From Lama guanicoe (taxonomy: Eukaryota): a stretch of DNA of 64,000 nucleotides. Below, one piece after another: positions 50,040 to 60,977 of this stretch. How positions within the stretch are numbered: position 1 is the first letter of the stretch; each line of letters begins with the position of its first letter. The stretch covers positions 4,752,167 through 4,816,166 of the forward strand of contig MU054001.1 in the NCBI GenBank assembly GCA_013239625.1, given 5' to 3'. Below the pieces are notes generated by a model. The model ran no database searches. It was not told the origin of the DNA and was given only the letters and a program-made list of their open reading frames with translations. Position numbers and translations under genes: made by a program.

Positions 50040-51730
50040 TTACTGCTTCCACCTCTGTCCACACTTCCATCCCTGTTCCTCTGAGCTCTGGTAGTGGTGA
50101 ATCACCTGGTCTCCTCTCAACCAGCCTCCCCCAGCTCTGTGCTGTAATTCATATTCTGAAAGTGCAGCCCTTGAACATTGCCATTTCTGCACTTAAAAGA
50201 CTCCAGTGGCTCCTCGTTGCCTACAGAACAAAGCCCACAATTTTGTTCTACCATCCGATGCAATCCATGCTTATTTCCCGGTCTACTTATCCACGTTATG
50301 ACCCTCTGGTTCCCAGTCTGTGCTCCAGCCTAAGCTGGTAATTTGCTGTTTCCAGACGTCTTGGCATATTTTTGCACATGCTGACCTCCTTGTCTAAGGT
50401 GCCTTTACCATCCACTCCTTATTCCTCCATTAAAACCCTTCCCATGCTCTATGGTCTGATCCAGTGCCCCCATCACCTCACTCATGAGATCTGTTTTTGA
50501 CTCCTATTGCGGATGGGATGTCCCTCTGCAGAACCCTCTCTTGTCTCTGGCCCCACATTGTCACATGTCCAGCTCTTGTTTGCAAGGCTTATGCTCACAG
50601 TGCACTGTGGGCTGTAGCTGGTCTGTGTCATCACCAGCATAGCTCGCTGCACGGAACCCGACGCACAGTAGGTGCTGCTTTGGAAGCCAGCAAATTCAGT
50701 GCTTAGTTACACGTGTCCAAGTTGCATATTTTGAGTGAGAAACCTGGAAAGGCCTATGGGGGTTGACTTTGGGTTTAAAAGGCCTTCAACCTTGTAGTTT
50801 CCCCCATGGGATACATAGGACCTAGCACACAGTAGGTGCTCAACAAATATTTTTTGAATGAAATAATGAAAAAGTGTTCACCTTCCCCTTTAACGTTGTT
50901 TTGTGATTTCAAAATACATATTGACCAAATAAAGCAGGAATAATATTAAAAATTCAAAAACCAACTTGCCCCATGAGGTGCTGGTCTCCTAGAATTGCAG
51001 TGGTCTGCTGACTTGTCCGTGTTTTTGGAGTGGCTGTGGGTATAGCAGGCAGGCGCTATGTCTCATTCATTTCTGAACCCCCAGTGCCTGGCACAGAACC
51101 TGGCATCCTCCCTGCTCTCCTGGAATCTATTCTGTTCCCCTACCCCCTATTCCTAATCTGTTGTCTGAGTTGGACTTGAGAGGCTTTCTGAATGTGTCTC
51201 CCCATTCAGAGCCCTCAGTGGCTCCCCATCGCCCTGAGGTAGAGACCCTCAGTGCAGCCCACTGCGAGCTCAGTGCTGCCTGCTCCCCAACACCAGCTTG
51301 TCTCCACCTGCCCTCTGTCCGCCATCCAGCCACACTGGCTGTCTCTCTCCCATCCCAGGTGCGGGCCATCAGGTGGGCTGTCCCTCATCCTTGGGCACCA
51401 GCCCCATCACTGCTCTGACTGGGTGTTCCTGGTGCTCTAGCCACTCACCCCACTCTGCCCTCTTGTGCCTCCGTCCCTCAGGTTTAGCGGAGGTGGTATC
51501 TCATCGTGTCCGAAGGTGAGTATGTTCCTCCCCTGCTGGACTGTGAGCCCCACATGGGCAGGTGCCATGAAAACCTGGGGCTTTGCACACAGCAGGCTTC
51601 TGGTACACGTTTTTTGAATGAATGAATGAAAAAGATAGGTGGTAGGTACTCAGTAAATGCTTACTGATTGACTACATGAATGGCACATATTAGGTATCTG
51701 GCCAATGTTTGTTGAATAAACAGACAAATG
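50040..51730 (+). mobile_element. Cluster of LINE L2 fragments with several L2 3' tails
   Basis: ctccagtggctcctcgttgcctacagaacaaagccc, cctagcacacagtaggtgctcaacaaatattttttgaatgaa (50820-50865), and ggactgtgagccccacatgggcagg…gaatgaatgaatga (51540-51630). Confidence 0.75.
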
Positions 51731-52459
51731 AGTGACTAGGGAAAGATGCTCAACGCCTTCCTGGGAAAGCTCTGGCCAAATAGTGGCCATCCAGATCAGA
51801 GAGAGTGCGCATCCATCCTCTCAGCCCTCCCGTGCTCACCCATCAGCTCCAGGAGGCTTTGTGCGTCCAGGCCTCTGACGCTTCTGCCTGCCTCTCACCT
51901 GGCACTCACAACCAGGAGCTGTGTGGCCGGTAGAGACAATGGCCCTGGGAGCCGCTGCTGACACAGTTGTGCTGGGGGGTCAAGGTGAGGGATGGGCTGG
52001 GAGGGTGGCCTTCTGATGAGAAGCAGGGTGAAACCTGCCCTGCCCTCTGGCCCCTGGTGTCACGACTGTCTTTGCACTTGTAAAATCCTTTCAACTCTGC
52101 AGCCATCCGGTCCAGCCCTGATCTGGAAACATCTTCCAGAACATCTGTTTTCCTCCTCAATCAATACGCTCCCCAAAGAGGACTAACTTGCAAAATATTA
52201 TATATAACATCAAACATACTATCTGAATTCAATTAAGTGATTTGGTTGGGGAGGCGTTTGTGGTAATTAAGCATACTGTTTTGGAGCAAATTGTAGCAAA
52301 TTATTTCATTCTTCATTAAGAGGCACCTCTCTTGACTCCCCATGAGCTAAAAAAAAAAAACAAAAACCAAAAAAACAGAGAGAGAGAGAGAGAAGGAAAA
52401 AAATTAAATAAATAGCAAATAACCACCTCTCAGATGGCATGATTTACTGGCACCATTGT

Positions 52460-53050
52460 GGGCTTTGATTTCCAGCTCTCTTGTGCTGTGTGACCACTGC
52501 AAAGTCACTTAACCTCTCTGAGCCTCAGCCTTCTCATCTATAGAGTGGGGATAACAATACCCATCTCAAAGGGCTGCTGTGAGGACTAAATGAGATAGGA
52601 AGCAAAAAAAGCACAGTTCCAGCATACAGTGGCCCTTCTTTCAAGGATCACCTTGAGGCTGGATGATTTATGTTCCATTGGTCAGGGCCTTTTTCTACTA
52701 AGGCAGGGCCTGAAATGCATCTTAGGGCGCTCTTTCTTCTCAGCGTGTTCGTGAGGTTCTGGGAGCGGAGGTGAGGAGCTTTCTGTTTTATTTCCCTTCT
52801 CCATCACCTGCAGTCCACCAGCTCAGGGTGGCTCAGGAGGAGCAGTGCACTGCTGGCCCCTGCAGCAGCTCTGGGTCCTTTGGGCAAAAGCTTAAGGTCT
52901 TGCTGCATCCGTTTCCTTCTCTGTGAAATGGGGCTAATAAGACTTCTTATTCTTCCCCTAGGATTAAATGAGTTTAATCAATGGAAAGCACGTCAGCAGT
53001 GCCTGATGCATAGTAAGCACCCAATCATGTTGGGCTGTGTTATTCACTTA
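52460..53050 (+). mobile_element. Two MIR SINEs (~52460-52640 and ~52860-53050)
   Basis: aagtcacttaacctctctgagcctcagccttctcatctatagagtggggataacaatac, and tccgtttccttctctgtgaaatggggctaata…ggattaaatgagtt…gcctgatgcatagtaagcac. Confidence 0.8.
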
Positions 53051-54309
53051 TTTAAACTTTCAATTCAGAATGGCCCATTAAGCTGCCAGTGTTTTCTGTA
53101 GGGCCTTCACTCATCAGGCTGGGGACATTCACAACCACCGTCACCATGATTGTAGTTGCTGCTGATCAGATGCCTACTGTGTGTCATAGAAGACCCAGAG
53201 TGGATGCTTAACATCCATTTTTCATGATTGTTGCAATAAGCTTGCTATTATTTTCACTTTCCAGGTGAAAAAGTGTCACCCAGCAGAGGCCATGTGGATA
53301 ACCAGAATGTTTTAGGGCTGGGTTTTGTACCCAAGCCTGTGGGACTCAAAAGCTACCCTCCTTTTATCTGTCCCACCACCACTCAGCAAGACATGCCTTC
53401 CAAACCTGACCCTTATCGGGCATCTGCTCGGTGCAGACCATTTTCTCTTCTGCAGTCACACTGGGTTGTCCACTAGTCTGATGTGTCTGTTGCCCTCCCT
53501 GTGGGGCCGTCTGACCCTTAGCTGCTCCCTTCTCCAGGGAGTCCATGAAAGGCTCATTCCGAACAAGCTCACCATCCCTGAAAGAAGGGAAATTGCTTAG
53601 GGGGCTGTTGTCAGGTATATAAGAAAAGATGGTGGCCTGAAGTGGGGGGTGCTGGCCATGGTGGTGGAGAGCAGCGGGTGAATTCGGGAGAAATCATGAC
53701 CTTGCACCAGTGGGGTTACAGCAACTGCCAGGGGAGTTTCCTGGAGGGAGTGATGTATTTGGAGAGATAGTGTTCCAGGGAAACTTCCTAGAAGGTGCTG
53801 GCAGGGCTGGACATGACTCCCTAAGGAGGGAGGGCGTCACTGCAGACAGGAGACATGGACAGCAAAGGTTTGGAGGTGGGAAGCCCTGTGACCAGCTGTG
53901 GGGACTCCAGAAGGAGGCTGGGATGAGGTCCCTGCCTTCAGGGAGCTCCCTGTATGTTTTGGGACAGGAGGCTTATGGCCCATTGTGGCTTAAGCAGAGT
54001 GACATCCAGTATTAGCTCTTCCACAGAAACAGGCAGGTTGTGAATTTTTTGTAGTGCTCAGGAGAGGCTGACAGGGATAGGAGTAGGGGTGGGAGGTGGA
54101 TGGCAACCCTTGCTGGACCCAAAGGACTTGCCTGAGCAGCAACACGTGTATTCATTCATGCATTAGTTCAGAATATCACTGTACTTGGTACTGTAGGGAA
54201 GACGAGCAGAGGGAGGGAGAGAGGGACAAAGAGAGACACACAGACAGACAGACAGACAGACAGACAGGGACAAATCCCTTTCTGGGAGGAACTGAAGATT
54301 TAGGAGAAG

Positions 54310-54790
54310 CACACTTGTCAGGACTTTTTCCAGTTGCAGGACCCCGGATTCTGCCTTAAACTAGCTCAAGAAGGAACCAAGGGAATGGGTTTACTGAACC
54401 TGAAACGGGCAGTTCTCAAGGCCCAGGTGGGCCCGCCATCAGAACAAGGCCTCCCTACGCAGGGGAAAAAGGACACCAGCCCCTCCAGGCTTGCACTATT
54501 AGCTCTACAACCCCAGGGGCAAGAGTATTCTAGCCCCTATCTGAAGATTGGCTCTGATTGGCCAGGCCACGGTCACGGTCACGGTCACATGTTCATCCCT
54601 GAACCAATCACTTTACCAGAAGCATGGAATACACTGATTGGCCAGGCCTGATTCACATGCTCACTTAGGGGAGTGGTGGGGTGGAGTGGGGTGGGATGGG
54701 GCGGAGTCAGCCTCTGGTGGAGGTTCCTGGAAGGACTTCTGGGTAGTTGTTTCCAGAAGAAGGGAGACTAGATGCTGACAGGAATAAAAC
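54310..54790. mobile_element. MaLR LTR (MLT1J/K-like)
   Basis: ctctgattggccagg…ggtcacatgttcatccctgaaccaatcact…atggaatacactgattggccaggcctg…cacatgctcac. Confidence 0.7.
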
Positions 54791-55794
54791 TAAAGTCAGC
54801 TTCAGGGGAGTGAGGGCCAGCTCTCCCCTGCAGGTCATGAGTACTTTGAGCTCTCAAGTGAGAGGTCAGATGCTGGCCACCCACAACAGGGTGGATCCAT
54901 GGGAAGAGGGGTCTTCTGGGCCAAGAAACGATGAATTCTGGTGGAGGCCAAGTGGGCAGAGGGGGCCCCCTCATCCTCTTGTTTCCTGACATCTCATGCA
55001 CTTGATTTTCTTACATCTGGACTGGACGTCCACTCTTTGCACCCTCCCCAGCTGTCCCTATGGGGCCATTCCAGGACTCAACATGGGAGTGTTGCTCCAG
55101 GCCACCAGCGGTCTCATTCCTGTGTGGCCGCCGTGAACCATCACTGAGACGGCAGGTCTTGCTTTTCCTTTTGAACCCAGCTGGCATCTCTCTAGCCTGG
55201 CTCTGTCTGGGAAGTGTTGTGGTGTTTTCTGGGCAGAAACCCAAAGCTCACCCCTGTTCCTGCTTTGTAGAACTATTTGTCAGCATCATGGGGCATAGCT
55301 GTGGGAGCTTTGGACCTCCTTTTTGTCCCAAGAGGCAGACAGGTTGGTTTGGGAAATGAAAGGATCAGCTAATGCCATCCTGGGTCACATCAAAGCCAGC
55401 CAAAGCCAGGTGAGCTGGCGCACCTCAGCTTCCCAAGTGTGGAAGTTCAGGTTGTCCGAGGCCTTGGCACGAGTCCCAGCCCGGCTTTGACTTGCTGCAG
55501 AGTTTTGGGCAAGTCTCCCTTCTATTCTGTGCCTCAGTTTCCTCATTTGTCTGCACAGGAATGTGAACACTTTCCAAAGGGTAAAAGTGTACCTGTGAGT
55601 GATGTCTTCAAGTTTGGCCCTATTCCTTTCTCTCTCAAGAGACTTACAAACAGCCTGTGAGATTCCCAGTGAGCTGACCCTGTCTTACCCCTTGTCCATT
55701 CCCTTGTTGCCTCTGGGGGCCTCAGAACACGTGGCCCTCATTTTAGAATGAGCATCTCTCTGCTGGGTGAGGCAGCTGTGAGATTTGTAGTCGG

Positions 55795-56160
55795 TCTGCC
55801 CCCTCTCCAGTTTGCTGCTCCGCCCCCATCCTCCCCCCTGTTCTCTCCTCGGTCCTCCGCCATCCAACCCCTCAGTGCTTCCCCAGACCTCCCCCCATTA
55901 CTCCCTTCCTCCCCCATAGTCACCCCATCCTCCTCCTTCAGTTCTGTCCCCAATTCTCCTGCATCCTCCCTTCAATCCTCCCCGAAGTCCTCCCTCACAT
56001 CCTCCCTCAGTCTCCCCCATCCTTCCTCCATTCAAACCCTTCTTCCCTCTCAGTCCCCCATCCTCCTCCTTCAGTCCTGCTTTCCAGTCCACCCTCCATC
56101 CTCCCCCCAAGTCCCCCCCAATCCTCCCTCATCCCTCCCCCAGTCACATCCCTGCCTTCT
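55795..56160. repeat. C/T-rich degenerate minisatellite / polypyrimidine tract
   Basis: Recurrent catcctccc units; ccccatcctcctccttcagt occurs at ~55923 and ~56056. Confidence 0.8.
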
Positions 56161-59089
56161 GAGGTGAAGCCCAGCCCTCCCACCGCCTCCCAGCCCTGGC
56201 CGCTGAGCCATTAGCCTCACTTCTCACTGGCTGCGCATCAGCACAGTAATCATTTTCAGATTTACAAGCATTAAATATTTTAATTTAATGCCTTGGCTCT
56301 CTTGTAATTCATGCACTTAATTATATGATAATTACTCAAATGAAAGAGATACAGCTGCTGCCGTATCAATTCTGAGGGAAGACTGGGTTTTGAGTTGGAC
56401 TGATTTGGGGAGGTGGGCCCACCTCCCTTGCCCTCCCCCCAGCCCCTTCTTTTCTCTGGGCCACATAGTCTGTAACAGCCCCTCCTCCCCCAGCCTGTGC
56501 TGGAGCCGGCCAGGGCTAGGGCGCCGGGTAATCTGCACCCATCTGCTCCAGGCACTGGGTGTGGGGACTGCCCTGGCTGGTGACCCAGACTCCTGTGGGT
56601 GCTGCTCTGTGAACAGAAATCTAATGGCCGATGAGCAGGGAGGGAGGAGTCCGGGCCCTCCAAGGCGGGTAAAGAGGAGGGCCCCTCCATGCCTGCTCTA
56701 GGGAGCAGGGGCTGTGAACGCGTCCAGACACCGTGCCTGGTGGACAAGCCAGGGAGCCTGCCTTCTCCTCCTCAGCGATGATGTCTGGGGGTGAGGGGTG
56801 GGGAGGGGCTTCTCCTCTGAGCATCTCCACTGCAAACAGAAGGAGGCCTGGGCCTCTTCCCACTGACCACCAAGGGTCAGAGGACAGAGTCGGGGGATGG
56901 GCAGACAGTGCTCTTTGGTGGGAGCACCTTCCTTGTTCCTCTCCCCTCCCCCTTCCCCTCCCCTCTCTCTCTTCCTCCTCTTTCCATCCATCCTTCCCCT
57001 TTCCTTTTTATTTTCCTATTTTCTCTCCCCCCCCCCTTTTTCTATTGACATCTAAAATTGTGTTTAATGCCTGAAGGGTACTGGCTATTCTGTAAGAACG
57101 GGAACTATTCATATTTGGCGAGGGTTTCCATTCCTCCCTCCCTACTGTGTTGGTGGAGCCCCGTTGGGCCTGATGCTGCCGAGAGGATCCACTCAAGGCC
57201 CTTTACAGTTGATGGCACCAGCAGACTGAGAATCAGGTGGCTTTGCCCTGGGCCAGGCCTCCTTGGGCCTGGGGATGGCGGCCGCTGGGAGGCCCTCTGT
57301 CAACCTGAACCTGCTTACTTGGGGAGGAAAGCCCCTCCTCTCACCAAGCATCGTAGCCAAGTGCCAGGTAGAGGAGTCCCGGGGCCAAGCCCTGGTTACG
57401 GGGGTCCATGGTGCTCTGGCCAAAGCTCGTGAAGAAGTTGTGTCAGGAAGGTAGAATTTCAAGCCAATGAGTTCTGAAAGTGTCCTGGTTTTTTCGGGTG
57501 GGGAAGCTTCCCGTGTCGGGGGAGACCTCGGCCCCTGGACCCGCACATCTCCTAGGCGGGGGAGAGCGGGCCGGTGCATTGCTGCTGAAGTGCACGTTTG
57601 CACTGAAAAGGGTTACAAACAGTTCGCCCCGTATGCAGACAATTTTCAGCTAGCTTACAGCAGCTGCGGCGCCGTGCTGATAGATTAAAAGCAGCAACCA
57701 GCCCCAGAATGAAGTGTATTAGAACTCCTGCTGGGTCGAGCTGGGGAGAGGCCCACACAGCTGTCATCTAGGCCAAGTTTCCAACCGAAACCTCAAGAAC
57801 AGGATGGAACTCGGAGAAAAGTTAGCTTTCTAAATGAGGTGGCCGGCTGTTCATCAGGAGAGTGGGGAGGGGCACCGGCAGAATGCTGGGGATTTAGAAC
57901 ACAGGGGAGGAGGTGATGGGTGGGGGGTGTCCCTTGGGGACCGGGAACTTTGTGGGGCCAGGAACAAAGAGACCGTTGCAGACGTGGTCCCCGTGCCGGG
58001 GCACAGCATCCCAGCCCCAGTCTGTGCCCTGCTCCAGACAGCTGGCTTGGGAGTTGCATGAATAAGGATATCTAAGTGTTTTCATGTTATGTCCAAAGGG
58101 CCCCAAGAGCTCAGTACCACCACACCATGCCCGGCTCCCTGGCTAAAATGCCATAGTGGCCCTTGGGGTTGGGGGGCTGCCCAGGTCTGCCTTCACCCAG
58201 GAAGCATTTGCTGTCAGACTCATCTGCTACCAGGTTCCCCTCTAGGCATGGAGGCCTGGCTTTTGGACTTCGATTTTGAGGCCTTTGAGAGACATTTTCT
58301 CTTGTGATGAGAAAGGCTTTGACAGAAGTCTGGCTCTGGCCCCTGAGTCTAACTCGAGGCTGGAGGTGGGTGGGCCACTTAGAAAAATCAGAATTCCAAG
58401 GTTAGAAATCTGTGTATGTTTTTCTTTTTTCTTATTTTTTTTTTGGTAAGTTCTTATTTTTGCAAAAAGCAAAATGCTTCCCACTGGAAGAGCCAGGTGG
58501 GTCTTTACTAAAAAAAAAAAAAGGAATACATTCAACTAAACTGTTACTACCGTTATGATTATAAATAGGACAGCATACGCCCATAATTCAATTGCAGTTG
58601 TGTATGTGGCACATCACAGTGAACTCATCCTTTTGACAAACATTTCCTGCATTCTCATTCGTGCAGGCCATTGGCCGTATGTTGGGGGTGGGGGGCGGGG
58701 CTTATATAAGTATCAGGTGCGCTTAGTTACCGAGGAAATACAAATCCAGGCAAAGCTTGCTGGTAAATGCCGCTGGTGTCACACATCCACTGGGACAGTT
58801 CTGTGCTGGTAAGAGGTCTGGTTCTACAGTCACCATGCTTTTCCTCTGCCCATCAGATGGTGGCAAATGGGCTCTGTTTGTCAGTGGCATGATTTGAGGC
58901 TCCTGAGCCAATGTGGAGATGGTGGCTTCCTTCCTGATGTGCAATCAGGTGTTTGCTTGGATTCCCAAGCTGGCCCTACTGGTGGGATGGGTGGATTTAG
59001 TGGCAGGCTGGGTCGAGGCAGGGATGCAGGCAGGTGCCACATTGGCTTGGTCCACTATGGTCCACAGGTTGTGGGTGGGAGCTGTGCAG

Positions 59090-59330
59090 ACAGGCATACG
59101 GGCCCAGGACCCAGCTCTGGAAGGCAGACCACCCCAGTTTGAGTCCTAGCTCTGCCTCTTGCTGCCTGCATGACTTTGGACAGGCTGCTTAACCTCCTGT
59201 GCCTCTGTTTCCTTATCTGTAAAATGAGGATAATGAGCATCTCTCATCTGGCTGTGGTGGAGATTAAATTAAAAAAAAACATGTAAAATACTTACTACAT
59301 GTGGGCATTGTAAGTACCCAATGGATGTGA
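59090..59330 (+). mobile_element. MIR SINE
   Basis: ttgagtcctagctctgcctcttgctgcctgcatgactttggacaggctgcttaacctcctgtgcctctgtttccttatctgtaaaatgaggataat. Confidence 0.85.
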
Positions 59331-59589
59331 GCAATTTGGTCAAATTCCTCTTTAATCTAGGGTAATTTGACAAGAATCCTAGCATCCATTTATGAGTCTC
59401 CATTCATGAGTCTCCTCCACAAATGCCCAGCTTTCCTTGAATGCCTCCCATGGTGGGGAACTCACCCCAGGCTGCCAGTACAATCACAGACAGCTTTCTT
59501 GGACCCAGTCTCCAAACTCTGTACTTTTTGGCAATTCTTACTTGATTTAAAGGCTTTTTTGACTTCCTCTTCAGTGTAGAAGCCCAGTA

Positions 59590-59820
59590 AGAGTCAATAG
59601 CTGCCATCGGTTGAGTATTTACCAGGTGCCAAGTACTGTACACACATTGTACCATCCATCCTCCTGAGTTCTAAGGGGAAGGTGTTACTTTGCCTCTGTT
59701 TTCCTGATAAGGAAACAGAGGGTCAGGGAGTTGACTTCTATAAGTGTTACATGGATCTAGGTGGGCTGGCTGGGACTGAGATCAGGTCTGTCTGATGTCA
59801 AAACCCTGTTCTTAACCATC
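59590..59820 (-). mobile_element. MIR SINE
   Basis: ttgagtatttaccaggtgccaagtactgtac…tgataaggaaacagagggtcaggga…gatcaggtctgtctgatgtcaaaaccc. Confidence 0.75.
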
Positions 59821-60746
59821 ATCTTTTCCAAGCAAGCTCAAAACCAACCAAGAATTCTTTGGTCTTTTCCCCTGCGTCTCCCGTCTCATCTCAGTCGGGC
59901 TCCTTCCCTGCAGTGGCTTCTTCCCATCCACATTTTAGTTGCATGATTTGGGGAGAGTGTGTAGAGCCATTGCCTTTAGCGAGGTGTCATATATCTGGTT
60001 TCTCACAGCACCATTAAGCTGGCAAGATAGCTTCTGTCTGCAGGAGACAGAAGCCACTCACCAATGTTGTATCGTCTCTTAAATGAATAAAAGTAATAAT
60101 CTGATAAACTGGTTATTGTAATTTATCCACATAAAGCAGAGCCATGTGCCTGGATTGTCAGTCAGGCCTCAAACCGGTAGAAAATAGCCAGCAATTACCA
60201 GAGACTCAGCAAGCGGGGCGGCTGCAATCCTGTGGTCTTCAAATTAGGAGAAATAATGAATGCATCTAGACACATCCATTTCAGCAAGTGCTGCATGGAT
60301 TATAAAATTTATTATCAATAAAATTATTCATTTGTGCCCTATACCACACTTAATGCACCTGAAGTGAGAAATTAGAAGTGTGTTTAATTCTGGGGATGGA
60401 AGAAAATACAAGTGCAGCAAATTTGCAGTAATGGGAGAAAGTTAATGCCCGGCAAAAAGGAATCAATTTAGCTCTTGCTATTTTATTTGAGGAGAACAGG
60501 TTGGTTTTCCTTTCTTTTTTTATTATAAAAGCATACAGAGTCACTGGGATCCCGGGTTCTAGTATTGCTTTCAAAAATTATTTAAAGAGAAATTATGAAT
60601 TAGAGGGAACATGCAAATGTGAATACTGTATGCATGTAATCTCTCTCCATATATAGATGTATATCTACCTATAAACTATATGTACACGTGTATATGTCTA
60701 TATCTGTGTACATCTATATATCTCTCCATCCATCCACCCATACACA

Positions 60747-60977
60747 CAGTGGTGTGATATGCTAGTAAATATTTAACAATGAGCTGTCTGCAAAAAAAAA
60801 AAAAAGAGAGAGAGAGAGAATCCTGATTTGTAGTGTTTGCCAATTTCTGTAGTGTAAATACTCCCACCAAGGCTGATTGCAAGCTCCCAAGCTGACTTCA
60901 CTGAGCGTGGGGTTGGGAAGAGAAGCCCACAGTCAGCTCTCGGGAGCCAGTACCAGCTGGGTCCAGCGCACCACTGG
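60747..60977 (-). mobile_element. MER63A-like hAT-Blackjack MITE
   Basis: TIRs cagtggtgtg…gcgcaccactgg. Internal cctgatttgtagtgtttgccaatttctgtagtgtaaatactcccacca and ttgggaagagaag. Confidence 0.8.

Noticed and set aside
55748..56167. Pro/Ser-rich extensin-like ORF
   Set aside because: Translation of a C/T-rich low-complexity tract.
59090..59820. Inverted MIR pair as a dsRNA or editing substrate
   Set aside because: The copies look too diverged to pair extensively, and this arrangement is common.
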